Source: Bacteroidales bacterium (GTDB taxonomy: Bacteria > Bacteroidota > Bacteroidia > Bacteroidales > UBA12077). From it: DNA of 64,000 nucleotides. The stretch is taken from contig JAQIBH010000197.1 of assembly GCA_027859205.1 (NCBI GenBank), positions 3,717 through 67,716 on the forward strand. Direction: 5' to 3'. Positions 18,734 through 27,257 of the stretch are shown in pieces (position 1 is the stretch's first letter; each line of letters begins with the position of its first letter). The notes under the pieces were generated by a model. It was not told where the DNA came from, ran no database searches, and was given only the letters and a program-made list of their open reading frames with translations. The position numbers and the translations under genes were made by a program.

Positions 18734-19960
18734 ATGAGTAATAAAATTGCTACGGCTGGGAATACCGGGAAAAAAATCCGATCTGATTGTTTTGTCACTC
18801 TTGAATTAAAAGATAAGGGTGGAATTCAAATAGAGCAGAAAAGCAAAGTTGAAGTTCTTTATGGAAAGGCAAATATTGAACTATGCAATGAAGTATTGAA
18901 GTTTTATGGAATTGAAAATGCACTACTTACTTTAGAAGATAAAGGTGCAATTCCATTAATAATTGCTGCTCGTATTGAGGCTGCTGTAAAACAATTAATT
19001 GATACTGATAAAGAATATTTTTTAGAGTTTATTGAGGAAAATAAATATTTCTCTGAAAAAGAACAATTTCGATTTTCAAGACTTTATCTTCCTGGAAATT
19101 CTCCAAGCATGATGCTAAATGCTGGTATTCACGAACCTAATGGTATTATTCTTGATCTTGAAGATTCTGTAGCATTCGATAGAAAAAAAGAAGCTCAATT
19201 GGTCGTTCGTAACACATTACGTGGAATTAATTTTTATGGAGCCGAACGTATGGTTCGCATAAATCAGTTTCCAAAGGGTTTAGAAGATCTAAAATATCTT
19301 GTACCTCATAATGTACATATGTTGCTTGTTCCAAAGTGTGAAGGAGCTGATCAAATTAAAGAATTAGAAGAAAAAATTGAAGAAATAAAGAAACTACATA
19401 ATATCAAACGCCCAGTATTATTAATGCCAATTATCGAAAGTGCTTTGGGTGTTGAAAAAGCATTTGAAATTGCAAGTGTATCAGAAAATGTTGTTGCTTT
19501 GGCTATTGGACTAGAAGATTATACTGCTGATTTAGGAACTAAAAGAACAAACGAAGCTGTTGAATCATTTTATGCACGAACAAGAATTGTAAATGCTTGT
19601 AAAGCTGCACGTATTCAGGCAATCGATTCCGTTTTTTCTGATGTTGGCGATATGGATGCTTTACGAGAAAATGTGAAAGCCTCAAAAGGATTAGGATTTG
19701 AGGGAATGGGTTGTATTCATCCTCGTCAAATAAAAGTTATTCACGAAAGCTTTGCTCCAGAACCTGATGAAATAGAAAAAGCTAAGAAAGTTGTCAATGC
19801 ATTTATCGATGCTACTGAGAGAGGTTTAGGTGTTGTTTCTCTTGGAACAAAAATGATTGATCCTCCTGTAGTGAAAAGAGCAGAAACAACTATTAATCTT
19901 GCAATTAGTCTTGGATTAATTTCAGAGAATTGGAGAGAAGAGTTTTTAAATAATGAGTAA
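18734..19960 (+). CDS. citE: citrate lyase acyl carrier protein (CitD) fused to citrate lyase beta subunit (CitE)
   Basis: Residues 1-95 resemble CitD (AGN..IRSDCFV with the prosthetic-group Ser, EDKGAIPLIIAARIEAAV). The rest is the HpcH/CitE family (YLPGNSP...ILDLEDSV). Confidence 0.85.
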   Translation: MSNKIATAGNTGKKIRSDCFVTLELKDKGGIQIEQKSKVEVLYGKANIELCNEVLKFYGIENALLTLEDKGAIPLIIAARIEAAVKQLIDTDKEYFLEFIEENKYFSEKEQFRFSRLYLPGNSPSMMLNAGIHEPNGIILDLEDSVAFDRKKEAQLVVRNTLRGINFYGAERMVRINQFPKGLEDLKYLVPHNVHMLLVPKCEGADQIKELEEKIEEIKKLHNIKRPVLLMPIIESALGVEKAFEIASVSENVVALAIGLEDYTADLGTKRTNEAVESFYARTRIVNACKAARIQAIDSVFSDVGDMDALRENVKASKGLGFEGMGCIHPRQIKVIHESFAPEPDEIEKAKKVVNAFIDATERGLGVVSLGTKMIDPPVVKRAETTINLAISLGLISENWREEFLNNE

Positions 19961-19990
19961 TTAACGATAAAAAAACCCAATATAATCATT

Positions 19991-21556
19991 ATGGGACAAA
20001 AATATTCGAATCTTGTTAAAAATGCTGTAGGTAGAATGGTTCCTACAGAAGTAAACGGACAAAAACAAGTTCCTTATCAAGGAGTGGGAAAATATAAACC
20101 AGACGCACGCAAGTTTGGACCAAGGATTTCATCTTGTGCCGATTTTCCTGAAGATGGCAATAAACAGGTAGCATCTTTAAAAGTGGCTTTAGTAAAAGCG
20201 GGTTTAAAAGATGGTATGACTATTACAACTCATCATCATTTTCGTAATGGAGATTTAGTTGCAAATCAAATATTTGATATTGCAAAAGAGCTTGGTGTTA
20301 AAGGTTTACGCTGGGTTCCTTCAGCTTCATTTCCATGTCACGAACATTTAATTCAGTATTTAGAAGATGGCACAATTCATCATATCGAAGGAAGCATGAA
20401 TGGACCTTTGGGCCGATTCGCTTCATATGGTAACATGAAAGGTATGGGCATTTTACGTTCGCATGGTGGCCGTTATCAAGCTATTCAAGATGGAGAACTT
20501 CAAATTGATATTACTGTGATTGGAGCAGCATGCGCCGATTCTTTTGGTAATGCTAACGGATTATTTGGACCATCCGCAAGCGGTTTACTAGGATTTGCTT
20601 TAGCCGATTCCCAATATGCCGATAAGGTAATTGTTGTAACCGATAATATGGTTCCTTTTCCTTGTAGCCCTTGGCAAATTCAAGGAAATTATGTTGATTA
20701 TACCGTTCAAATTGATAAAGTTGGAATCCCAGAAAAAATCATATCTGGAACAACACAAATCACAAAAAGCCCTGATAGACTATTATTAGCCGAAATGACT
20801 GCTCAATTTTGTCTGGAAGCAGGAATAATTAAAGATGGATTTTCATTTCAGTCTGGTGCCGGAGGAACATCACTAGCGGTTGGCAACTATTTTGCTAAGA
20901 TAATGAGAGAGAAGAATATCAAAGCCAGATTTGCCCGAGGAGGTAGTAATAAATATTTGGTTGATATGTTAAATGAGGGCTTGATAGAATATATTCTTGA
21001 CGGACAAACATTCGATTTAGATGGTGTAAAATCAATGGCTGAAAATCCAAATCATGTATGGACAAGTCCTTTTACAAGTTATAATTACCATGGTAAAGGT
21101 AATTTTGCCGGATTAGTTGATGTGGTAATTCTTGGTGCAACCGAAGTTGATGTTAATTTTAATGCAAATGTTGTTACTCATTCCGATGGATTATTATTGC
21201 ACGGAATAGGAGGATGGCAAAATTGTTTATTCTCTAAAACAGTTGTTTTACCAATTCCATTATTCCGTGATCGGATTCCAGTAATTCTTGATGAAGTAAC
21301 AACAATTTGTGGCCCGGGCGAATTAATCGACGTAATTGTTACAGAACGAGGAATTGCTATTAATCCTAAACGAAAAGATTTAATTGAAAAATTGAAAGAT
21401 TCAAATCTTCCGATTAAAACAATTCAGGAATTAAAAGAAGAAGCTGAAAAGATTTGTGGTAAACCTGCAAAACCTGAATTTGACGATGAATTGGTAGCTG
21501 TTATAAAATGGGTTGATGGAACTATTATTGACTCAGTTCGAAAAGTTAAATCATAA
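19991..21556 (+). CDS. citF: citrate lyase alpha subunit (citrate CoA-transferase)
   Basis: 521 aa at the typical CitF length, with typical sequence (GMTITTHHHFRNGD..., SMNGPLG...). It is adjacent to citDE. Confidence 0.9.
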   Translation: MGQKYSNLVKNAVGRMVPTEVNGQKQVPYQGVGKYKPDARKFGPRISSCADFPEDGNKQVASLKVALVKAGLKDGMTITTHHHFRNGDLVANQIFDIAKELGVKGLRWVPSASFPCHEHLIQYLEDGTIHHIEGSMNGPLGRFASYGNMKGMGILRSHGGRYQAIQDGELQIDITVIGAACADSFGNANGLFGPSASGLLGFALADSQYADKVIVVTDNMVPFPCSPWQIQGNYVDYTVQIDKVGIPEKIISGTTQITKSPDRLLLAEMTAQFCLEAGIIKDGFSFQSGAGGTSLAVGNYFAKIMREKNIKARFARGGSNKYLVDMLNEGLIEYILDGQTFDLDGVKSMAENPNHVWTSPFTSYNYHGKGNFAGLVDVVILGATEVDVNFNANVVTHSDGLLLHGIGGWQNCLFSKTVVLPIPLFRDRIPVILDEVTTICGPGELIDVIVTERGIAINPKRKDLIEKLKDSNLPIKTIQELKEEAEKICGKPAKPEFDDELVAVIKWVDGTIIDSVRKVKS

Positions 21557-21592
21557 TATAGGAGTTTTAAAAACTAATTTAATGAAAACGTT

Positions 21593-21673
21593 TACCACTA
21601 AGTCACGTAGAACACTTAGAAACACTGAGAGTTTTCTTAGTGAATCTTAGTGTTTTTTAGTGCCTTAGTGGTA
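21593..21673. repeat. hairpin repeat built from CTTAGTG/CACTAAG units (family C)
   Basis: The ends TACCACTAAG...CTTAGTGGTA are complementary. The interior holds CACTTAGAAACACTGAG and CTTAGTGAATCTTAGTG....TTAGTGCCTTAGTGG. Confidence 0.75.
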
Positions 21674-21700
21674 ATTGTTCATATTCTAATACTATAAATT

Positions 21701-21856
21701 ATGAAATACAGATGCAAAATTTGTGGTCATATATATGATCCGGAAACAGGAGATCCCGATAGTGGAATAGCGCCTGGAACATCGTTTGAAGATATTCCAG
21801 ATGACTGGAAATGTCCAATTTGTTTTGTTACCAAAAAGGACTATGAACCGATTTAG
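21701..21856 (+). CDS. rubredoxin
   Basis: My own translation gives [51 protein letters not shown] (51 aa) with two CxxC pairs (CKIC, CPIC) and the DDW motif. It falls below the ORF-track length cutoff. Confidence 0.9.
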   Translation: MKYRCKICGHIYDPETGDPDSGIAPGTSFEDIPDDWKCPICFVTKKDYEPI

Positions 21857-21902
21857 TTGGTAGAAAACAAAAAAGTATTAAATTTTTTTCTATATCATTT
21901 AG

Positions 21903-21937
21903 CCCTATCTTTACTATTAAAGATGGGGTTTTATTTT
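21903..21937 (+). terminator. intrinsic terminator after rubredoxin
   Basis: CCCTATCTTTA-CTAT-TAAAGATGGGG (10 of 11 bp pair) is followed by TTTTATTTT. Confidence 0.7.
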
Positions 21938-22016
21938 ACATCAAAATTAAATTACTCTTTACAATTTGACCAAAGTTCATTCTTGTCGTTTCAAGGATAT
22001 ACAGAAAACAATTTTT

Positions 22017-22604
22017 ATGGATCAGGATAAATTGTTGCAAATTATTAAACTTTCACAAAACAAAGATCAGAAGGCTTTTAAAAAGCTTGTTGAACACTAT
22101 CAATCTTATACCTTTTCTTTAGCATTTAAGCTTGTTTGCAACGAGGATGATGCTAAAGATATTGTTCAGGAATGCTTTATCAGAGTTTGGCATCATTTGC
22201 GAAAATTCGATTTGAAAACAAAATTTACAACCTGGTTATATAAAATTGTTTTTAATCTTTCTTTAGATAAAATAAAAGTAAATAAAAGAAGGAACAATGT
22301 TTTATCTGTTTCGGAAAATACAGCTGTATTATTTGAAAAACTTGGAGGAGAAAACCTTGAAAAAGAAGTAATGAACAAAGACTTGGCTCAAATAATTAGT
22401 TCTTTGGCAGAAGAATTAACACCTAAACAAAAAGCTGTTTTTGTATTACGAGATTTACAAGGAGCCGAAATAGATGAAATTTCTGAAATAACATCAATGT
22501 CCAAGGGAACAGTAAAAAGTAACCTCTATTATGCACGATTAAATATTCGTGAGAAACTTGAGAAGATTGGGAATATTAAAATAAAACAACATGAACTGCG
22601 ATAA
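22017..22604 (+). CDS. ECF-type RNA polymerase sigma-70 factor
   Basis: Region 2 (AKDIVQECFIRVWHHL) and region 4 (LTPKQKAVFVLRDLQGAEIDEISEITSMSKGTVKSNLYYAR) are present. The track start at 21966 is TTG. The ATG at 22017 (MDQDKLL) is the more likely start. Confidence 0.9.
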   Translation: MDQDKLLQIIKLSQNKDQKAFKKLVEHYQSYTFSLAFKLVCNEDDAKDIVQECFIRVWHHLRKFDLKTKFTTWLYKIVFNLSLDKIKVNKRRNNVLSVSENTAVLFEKLGGENLEKEVMNKDLAQIISSLAEELTPKQKAVFVLRDLQGAEIDEISEITSMSKGTVKSNLYYARLNIREKLEKIGNIKIKQHELR

Positions 22605-23283
22605 TTTTAAAAAATGGATACACCTCAATAATCCTAAAGAATTAAGCAATGCTGAAAAGAGAAAACTGAATGATCATTTAAGTTCTTGTACAGCATGTAG
22701 AAAGTTATTTGAAGATGTTGAAAGCTCAAATAAAATAATACAAAAGCTTAAGACCATTGAGCCGGAATTAACTTATCCGCAGGTATTAACTTCTAATATA
22801 ATGCAGTCTATAAAAGTTAATAAGAAGTCAAGCAGGTTCTCATTTACATCTATCGAATTTTTTGAAATATTGTTTTCGAATAAAGTGAAAATTCTAGCTT
22901 ATTTCATTGTAATTGGATTGATTGGTTTATTCGCGTATCAACAGCTTTTTATAATTAATAAATTGAATCAGATGGAGAGGCAAATTGCAATTAAATCTGA
23001 TGAAAGTATTGTACAAATAAAAACTCCTGTTATTGTTAATAATAAATTGTTAATGCAGTTTGTATCTGAACTAGAGAATGAACAGATTGTATTAGACAGA
23101 AAATCACTAGAACAACTTTTAGAAACGTTTCAAGATCTGAAAACAGACCATGATGACTTACTGGAGTTACTCAATAATAATATTAAAGATCTTGAAAAAA
23201 GATTATCCAGTAAGGATATTATATTGCTTAAGAAATTTTTAAAAGAGGATGATTTAGTGAAAAATTTATCTACTAATCTTTAA
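22591..23283 (+). CDS. putative anti-sigma factor (zf-HC2-like, single TM)
   Basis: It overlaps the sigma gene by 14 nt. The N-terminal H-x3-C-x2-C motif (DHLSSCTACRK) is followed by one TM helix and a coiled-coil C-terminus. Confidence 0.7.
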   Translation: MNCDNFKKWIHLNNPKELSNAEKRKLNDHLSSCTACRKLFEDVESSNKIIQKLKTIEPELTYPQVLTSNIMQSIKVNKKSSRFSFTSIEFFEILFSNKVKILAYFIVIGLIGLFAYQQLFIINKLNQMERQIAIKSDESIVQIKTPVIVNNKLLMQFVSELENEQIVLDRKSLEQLLETFQDLKTDHDDLLELLNNNIKDLEKRLSSKDIILLKKFLKEDDLVKNLSTNL

Positions 23284-23293
23284 ACTTAAAATT

Positions 23294-24376
23294 ATGAAAA
23301 CACATAAATTTGCAAAATTTTTTATCGTATTAATTGTTTTATTCATTGCTGGTTGTGGCTATAATTATGAAGTTAAAACTATTATTTACGCTGATGGTTC
23401 TTGTCTTAGAACGCTCATAGTCACTTATGAAGATTCTATTGATAAATTTTATGAACGTGATTATCCAATTCCCATTGATACCACATGGAATCTAGTAATT
23501 GAAACAGACACAAATGAGAAGGGAGATACTGTTTTTGTACATAAAGCAACAAAACTTTTTGAAAGCGTTGAGCATTTAAGTCAATTATATGATATGGATT
23601 CAACTAAGCATGGTGCTCTTCAAAGATCAGTTATACTAAAAAAACGATTTAGATGGTTTTATACATTCTTTGATTACCAAGAAACTTATGAAAAACTTTT
23701 TAATCAACCATCATTGAAAACTTATTTGGATTCAACTCATTATAATTATGCCATGCTCTCAGATAGCGAACAGAAAAAGTATCTTGAAGAACATTTTGAT
23801 TCTGTCGGAGCAAAGCAATTTGATGATAGAGCCGAGAAAGGACTTAATGTATGGTTGGAGTTTACATTTATAAATTCATGCTTAGATGCAGTTGAAAAAT
23901 CAGTTGGGAATATTGCAGGTTGGTCAATAAATGAATCTGAATTTACAAAAAAAAGAGACAGTATAATTAATCTAATAGATGGCGAATTAGAATTTTTTGA
24001 AAATGATGATGATATATTTGATGCAATAAAAAGAGTTTTTAGTATTGATAGCGTATTATATCAGAAGCTGGAAAGCGAAAATGATTTTAAGATCTTTATG
24101 GATAAATTTTCTCTATGGGAAGATGTTGTTTTAGAGGAAGAATATGTAAATAATGTAGTAATGCCAGGTTTAATAATTGAAACAAATAGTACAAAGATTT
24201 CTGATTCGAACCAAGTTGAATGGAATGTTGGATGGGCTAATTATTTTACTGATGACTACGAAATGAAAGTAACATCAAGAATAATTAATATATGGTCTTT
24301 TTGGGTATCAGGAGGATTCATTTTACTATTACTTATTATTGTGCTAATAAGACGTTTAAATAATCGTATAAAGTAA
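23294..24376 (+). CDS. hypothetical lipoprotein with a C-terminal TM helix
   Basis: It has a lipobox (FIAGCGYNY) and a hydrophobic C-terminal segment (FWVSGGFILLLLIIVLIRR). It starts 10 nt after the anti-sigma gene. Confidence 0.55.
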   Translation: MKTHKFAKFFIVLIVLFIAGCGYNYEVKTIIYADGSCLRTLIVTYEDSIDKFYERDYPIPIDTTWNLVIETDTNEKGDTVFVHKATKLFESVEHLSQLYDMDSTKHGALQRSVILKKRFRWFYTFFDYQETYEKLFNQPSLKTYLDSTHYNYAMLSDSEQKKYLEEHFDSVGAKQFDDRAEKGLNVWLEFTFINSCLDAVEKSVGNIAGWSINESEFTKKRDSIINLIDGELEFFENDDDIFDAIKRVFSIDSVLYQKLESENDFKIFMDKFSLWEDVVLEEEYVNNVVMPGLIIETNSTKISDSNQVEWNVGWANYFTDDYEMKVTSRIINIWSFWVSGGFILLLLIIVLIRRLNNRIK

Positions 24377-24410
24377 GCATTTAAAAAAAAACGATTGAGA
24401 CGAAGATTAG

Positions 24411-24535
24411 GGTGTCCAAAAAGTTATAAAGGTGTTTATACTTCGACAGGCATAGCATGACGATTTTCTGTTAATCATTTTGTCTCACTGAGTCTGTCGA
24501 AGTGTTTTTGCTTTAAGACTACCTTTTGGATAGCC
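24411..24535. mobile_element. MITE-like element with the same TIR family as 11529..11707, carrying an inverted pair of family-A units
   Basis: The ends are GGTGTCCAAAAAG (24411-24423) and CCTTTTGGATAGCC (24522-24535). Inside, CTTCGACAGGCATAGCATGAC (24441-24461) is inverted relative to GTCTCACTGAGTCTGTCGAAG (24482-24502). Confidence 0.65.
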
Positions 24536-24721
24536 TCTTTAATTTATTTCCAATATTTTTTTAACTATCAATTTGTTTGATGGTTATAGAAATAATTTAT
24601 ACATTTATACAATTGATAGAAAGAATATTGTCTTCTATTTATTATTAGTCACAAGAATTATAGAAGATAATTATTATATAAAAAACTGCATATTTTATTA
24701 ATCACTTTAAAATAAAAATAG

Positions 24722-25915
24722 ATGAAAAAATATTTATTTAGTTTAATAAGCATTATTGCAGTTATAATAATTTCTCTAATTGGATGTGAGAAAGAAGAAG
24801 AGTCAAAAGATCCAAAAGTATCAATTAGCATATCTGTTAATCCGGAATTTGCAGGGTATAAAGCATTTGTTGCTTTGGTTACAGGTAATGATGATAATCT
24901 AACCTTTCATGCTGCCGGATATACTACATTGGTACCAATGTCTGCAAATTGGATCGATTTACTTGAGGTCAATGAAAAATTACTGGGTACGAAAATTGCT
25001 CATGTAGCTTCCGGAGACTATTATATAATGATTTATTTAGATATGAATAACTCAACTACAAACCTTAATGATTTAAGTACCTGGATGCCTGATCCGGGAG
25101 ATTACTTTATGGAAGCTCAATCTGTTACTATTACCGAAGATATAGCTGTCAATTATTATGAGTTTGATAAAGTTCCCGAAGAGGGAAAACTTACTGTGCG
25201 CGTTTACGATTATGCTGTTCTACAAGATAATCCAATGCATTATAACATTTTTAGAAAAGACGAAGACAGTCAAATTATAAGCTCAGGTACGATAACATTT
25301 CCACTTGTTGATAATGAATTTGTTGCAATGGAGGTTGATCAATCTAAGGAAAAAGTGTTTGAGGGCGGGGAATATAAATTTCAGATTTATTGTGATTTAG
25401 ATAATTCACAAAGTGATTACACTATAGGGGATGCTTTTCATGCTAATTATGGAGATATTTTAAGTGAATGTTTTTTTAGTATTGATAAAGATACCATTAT
25501 TTATAGTGATTATGATTTTTATTATAACCGTATTGGAATTTTCGGAGCAGTTATTGAATTCTGTGGCCTTGATACATATGGTGGTGCAACATCTTATTTT
25601 GTTCTCTACAAAAAAGATGTAGTAAATACTGAAACATTTTATGGAACTGCAAAATCTTATTTTAGTGTAAACGAAGGATGTTATAAATATATTTTGCATT
25701 CATATGAACCCAATTCTTACTATGGATATTTTGAACAGGGATCAGATTATTTTATAAAAGGAATAGTAGATATGGATAGTTCTTCGATTAATGAAACCAA
25801 TTGGGAAAACATTATTGGTAATACAGGAGATCTCGAATTGCTTGATTATTCTGTAAATTTATTAAGTGATACTACCTTTACTTTATCTATTGGAAGCTTT
25901 AATGTAGTTGAATAG
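24722..25915 (+). CDS. hypothetical lipoprotein
   Basis: 397 aa with a lipobox (SLIGCEKEE). No recognisable domain. Confidence 0.55.
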   Translation: MKKYLFSLISIIAVIIISLIGCEKEEESKDPKVSISISVNPEFAGYKAFVALVTGNDDNLTFHAAGYTTLVPMSANWIDLLEVNEKLLGTKIAHVASGDYYIMIYLDMNNSTTNLNDLSTWMPDPGDYFMEAQSVTITEDIAVNYYEFDKVPEEGKLTVRVYDYAVLQDNPMHYNIFRKDEDSQIISSGTITFPLVDNEFVAMEVDQSKEKVFEGGEYKFQIYCDLDNSQSDYTIGDAFHANYGDILSECFFSIDKDTIIYSDYDFYYNRIGIFGAVIEFCGLDTYGGATSYFVLYKKDVVNTETFYGTAKSYFSVNEGCYKYILHSYEPNSYYGYFEQGSDYFIKGIVDMDSSSINETNWENIIGNTGDLELLDYSVNLLSDTTFTLSIGSFNVVE

Positions 25916-25947
25916 ATCAGTTATAGAATTAGCTATCTTTATATTTT

Positions 25948-26047
25948 ATAAAAGGGATATACTGAAACTGAGCGCAACAAAGCGAAGCGATCTCATGAGC
26001 CGAATGGCGAATAAACCCTCACTATTTCTAAGCTTAAACCCTTTTAT
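25948..26047. repeat. 100-bp element bounded by a 9-bp inverted repeat, with a family-A-like core
   Basis: ATAAAAGGG (25948-25956) and CCCTTTTAT (26039-26047) bound the element. The core is CTGAGCGCAACAAAGCGAAGCGATCTCATGAGCCGAATGGCGAA. Confidence 0.55.
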
Positions 26048-26279
26048 TTATAAGACGTTTAATTAAGAGTCGGAAGTAAAAAGCTAAACAAAGTAAAAAA
26101 GAAACTAACCAATTTTATTTTATAAGCTTGGTTAATTTTCTGTTATAAAAAATCTTTAAATAAAACAATACTAAGAATTTTGAAAGAGATTTATAAAAAT
26201 ATACTTCAATAGCTAGTTTTCTAAAAACGAAACAATTTAATTTTAACTTTGCAGCAATTATTTAACTTAAAACTTTATA

Positions 26280-27176
26280 ATGAAATTAAGTGCTTATACA
26301 TATGTTAGAAATGGCATCGAATTGGACTATCCTTTTGTTGAATCAATAAAGTCTGTATTGGATATTTGTGATGAATTTATTGTGGTATTAGGTGATTCGC
26401 AAGATACTTCAAGAGAAGCCATTCAAAGTATAAATTCAAATAAAATAAAAATAGTAGATTCTGTTTGGGATTTTTCAAAACGGGAAGGTGGAGTTGTATT
26501 TGCAGAACAATCCAACGTAGGCCTGGATCATGTTACGGGTGATTGGGTATTTCATATTCAGGCAGATGAAGTAATACACGAAAATGATGTAGACAGAATA
26601 AAAGATAGTATAATTAAATATGATTCTGATCCAAAAGTAGAAGGTTTAATTTTACCATATTTTCATTTTTGGGGAGGATATAATTATATTCGAACCACTA
26701 GAAAAGTACACCGTTACGAAGTGCGATTATTTAGGAACTTAGAAGGAATTAGGTCATACCGGGATTCTCAGGGTTTCAGAATTTATTCTTCAGTTGAAAA
26801 TTATTTAAAAGGTGAAAGTGGAAAGAAATTAAAAGTTAAGAAAATTGACGCTCCTATTTTCCATTATAAACGTGTAAGACCACCCGAAAAAATGAAGGAA
26901 AAGATGAATATGTTTTTCAAATTTTATCGTGATGATAAATGGGTAAAAAAATATGAAGAAAAAGGAACTGAATATGATTATAATAAAGTAGATATACTGG
27001 AAGAATTTCATCTCCCTCACCCTGCAGTTATGAAAGAAAGAGTTGATAGTCAGGATTGGGAGTTTGTTTATGATAAATCAAAACAGAAAATGAAATTTAA
27101 ATACAGAATTTTACATGCTTTTGAGAAAATTACTGGATATAGACTCTTTGAATATAAAAATTATAAATTAGTATAA
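26280..27176 (+). CDS. glycosyltransferase family 2-like protein
   Basis: 298 aa. The N-terminal pattern (LSAYTYVRNG...DEFIVVLGDSQD...HIQADEV) resembles GT-A fold DxD-type transferases. Confidence 0.55.
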   Translation: MKLSAYTYVRNGIELDYPFVESIKSVLDICDEFIVVLGDSQDTSREAIQSINSNKIKIVDSVWDFSKREGGVVFAEQSNVGLDHVTGDWVFHIQADEVIHENDVDRIKDSIIKYDSDPKVEGLILPYFHFWGGYNYIRTTRKVHRYEVRLFRNLEGIRSYRDSQGFRIYSSVENYLKGESGKKLKVKKIDAPIFHYKRVRPPEKMKEKMNMFFKFYRDDKWVKKYEEKGTEYDYNKVDILEEFHLPHPAVMKERVDSQDWEFVYDKSKQKMKFKYRILHAFEKITGYRLFEYKNYKLV

Positions 27177-27195
27177 TTAAATAAGAGTATAAAAA

Positions 27196-27236
27196 AGTGA
27201 AACTATTAATTCGTTAATAATAGCTTCACTTTTTTA
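27196..27236. terminator. bidirectional terminator hairpin between convergent genes
   Basis: AGTGAAACTATTA pairs with TAATAGCTTCACT (12 of 13 bp). It is flanked by an A-run on the left and a T-run on the right. Confidence 0.7.
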
Positions 27237-27257
27237 TTCTATAGTGTTGAAATTCAA

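Noticed and set aside
21966-22016. Extended TTG start for the ECF sigma factor (and similar TTG/GTG-extended starts at 10145, 46218, 47171, 53487, 56586 and 57947)
   Set aside because: The extensions add residues with no homology value and often overlap the upstream gene. The first in-frame ATG gives canonical N-termini. DUF58 (57054) is the exception, because no ATG is available there.
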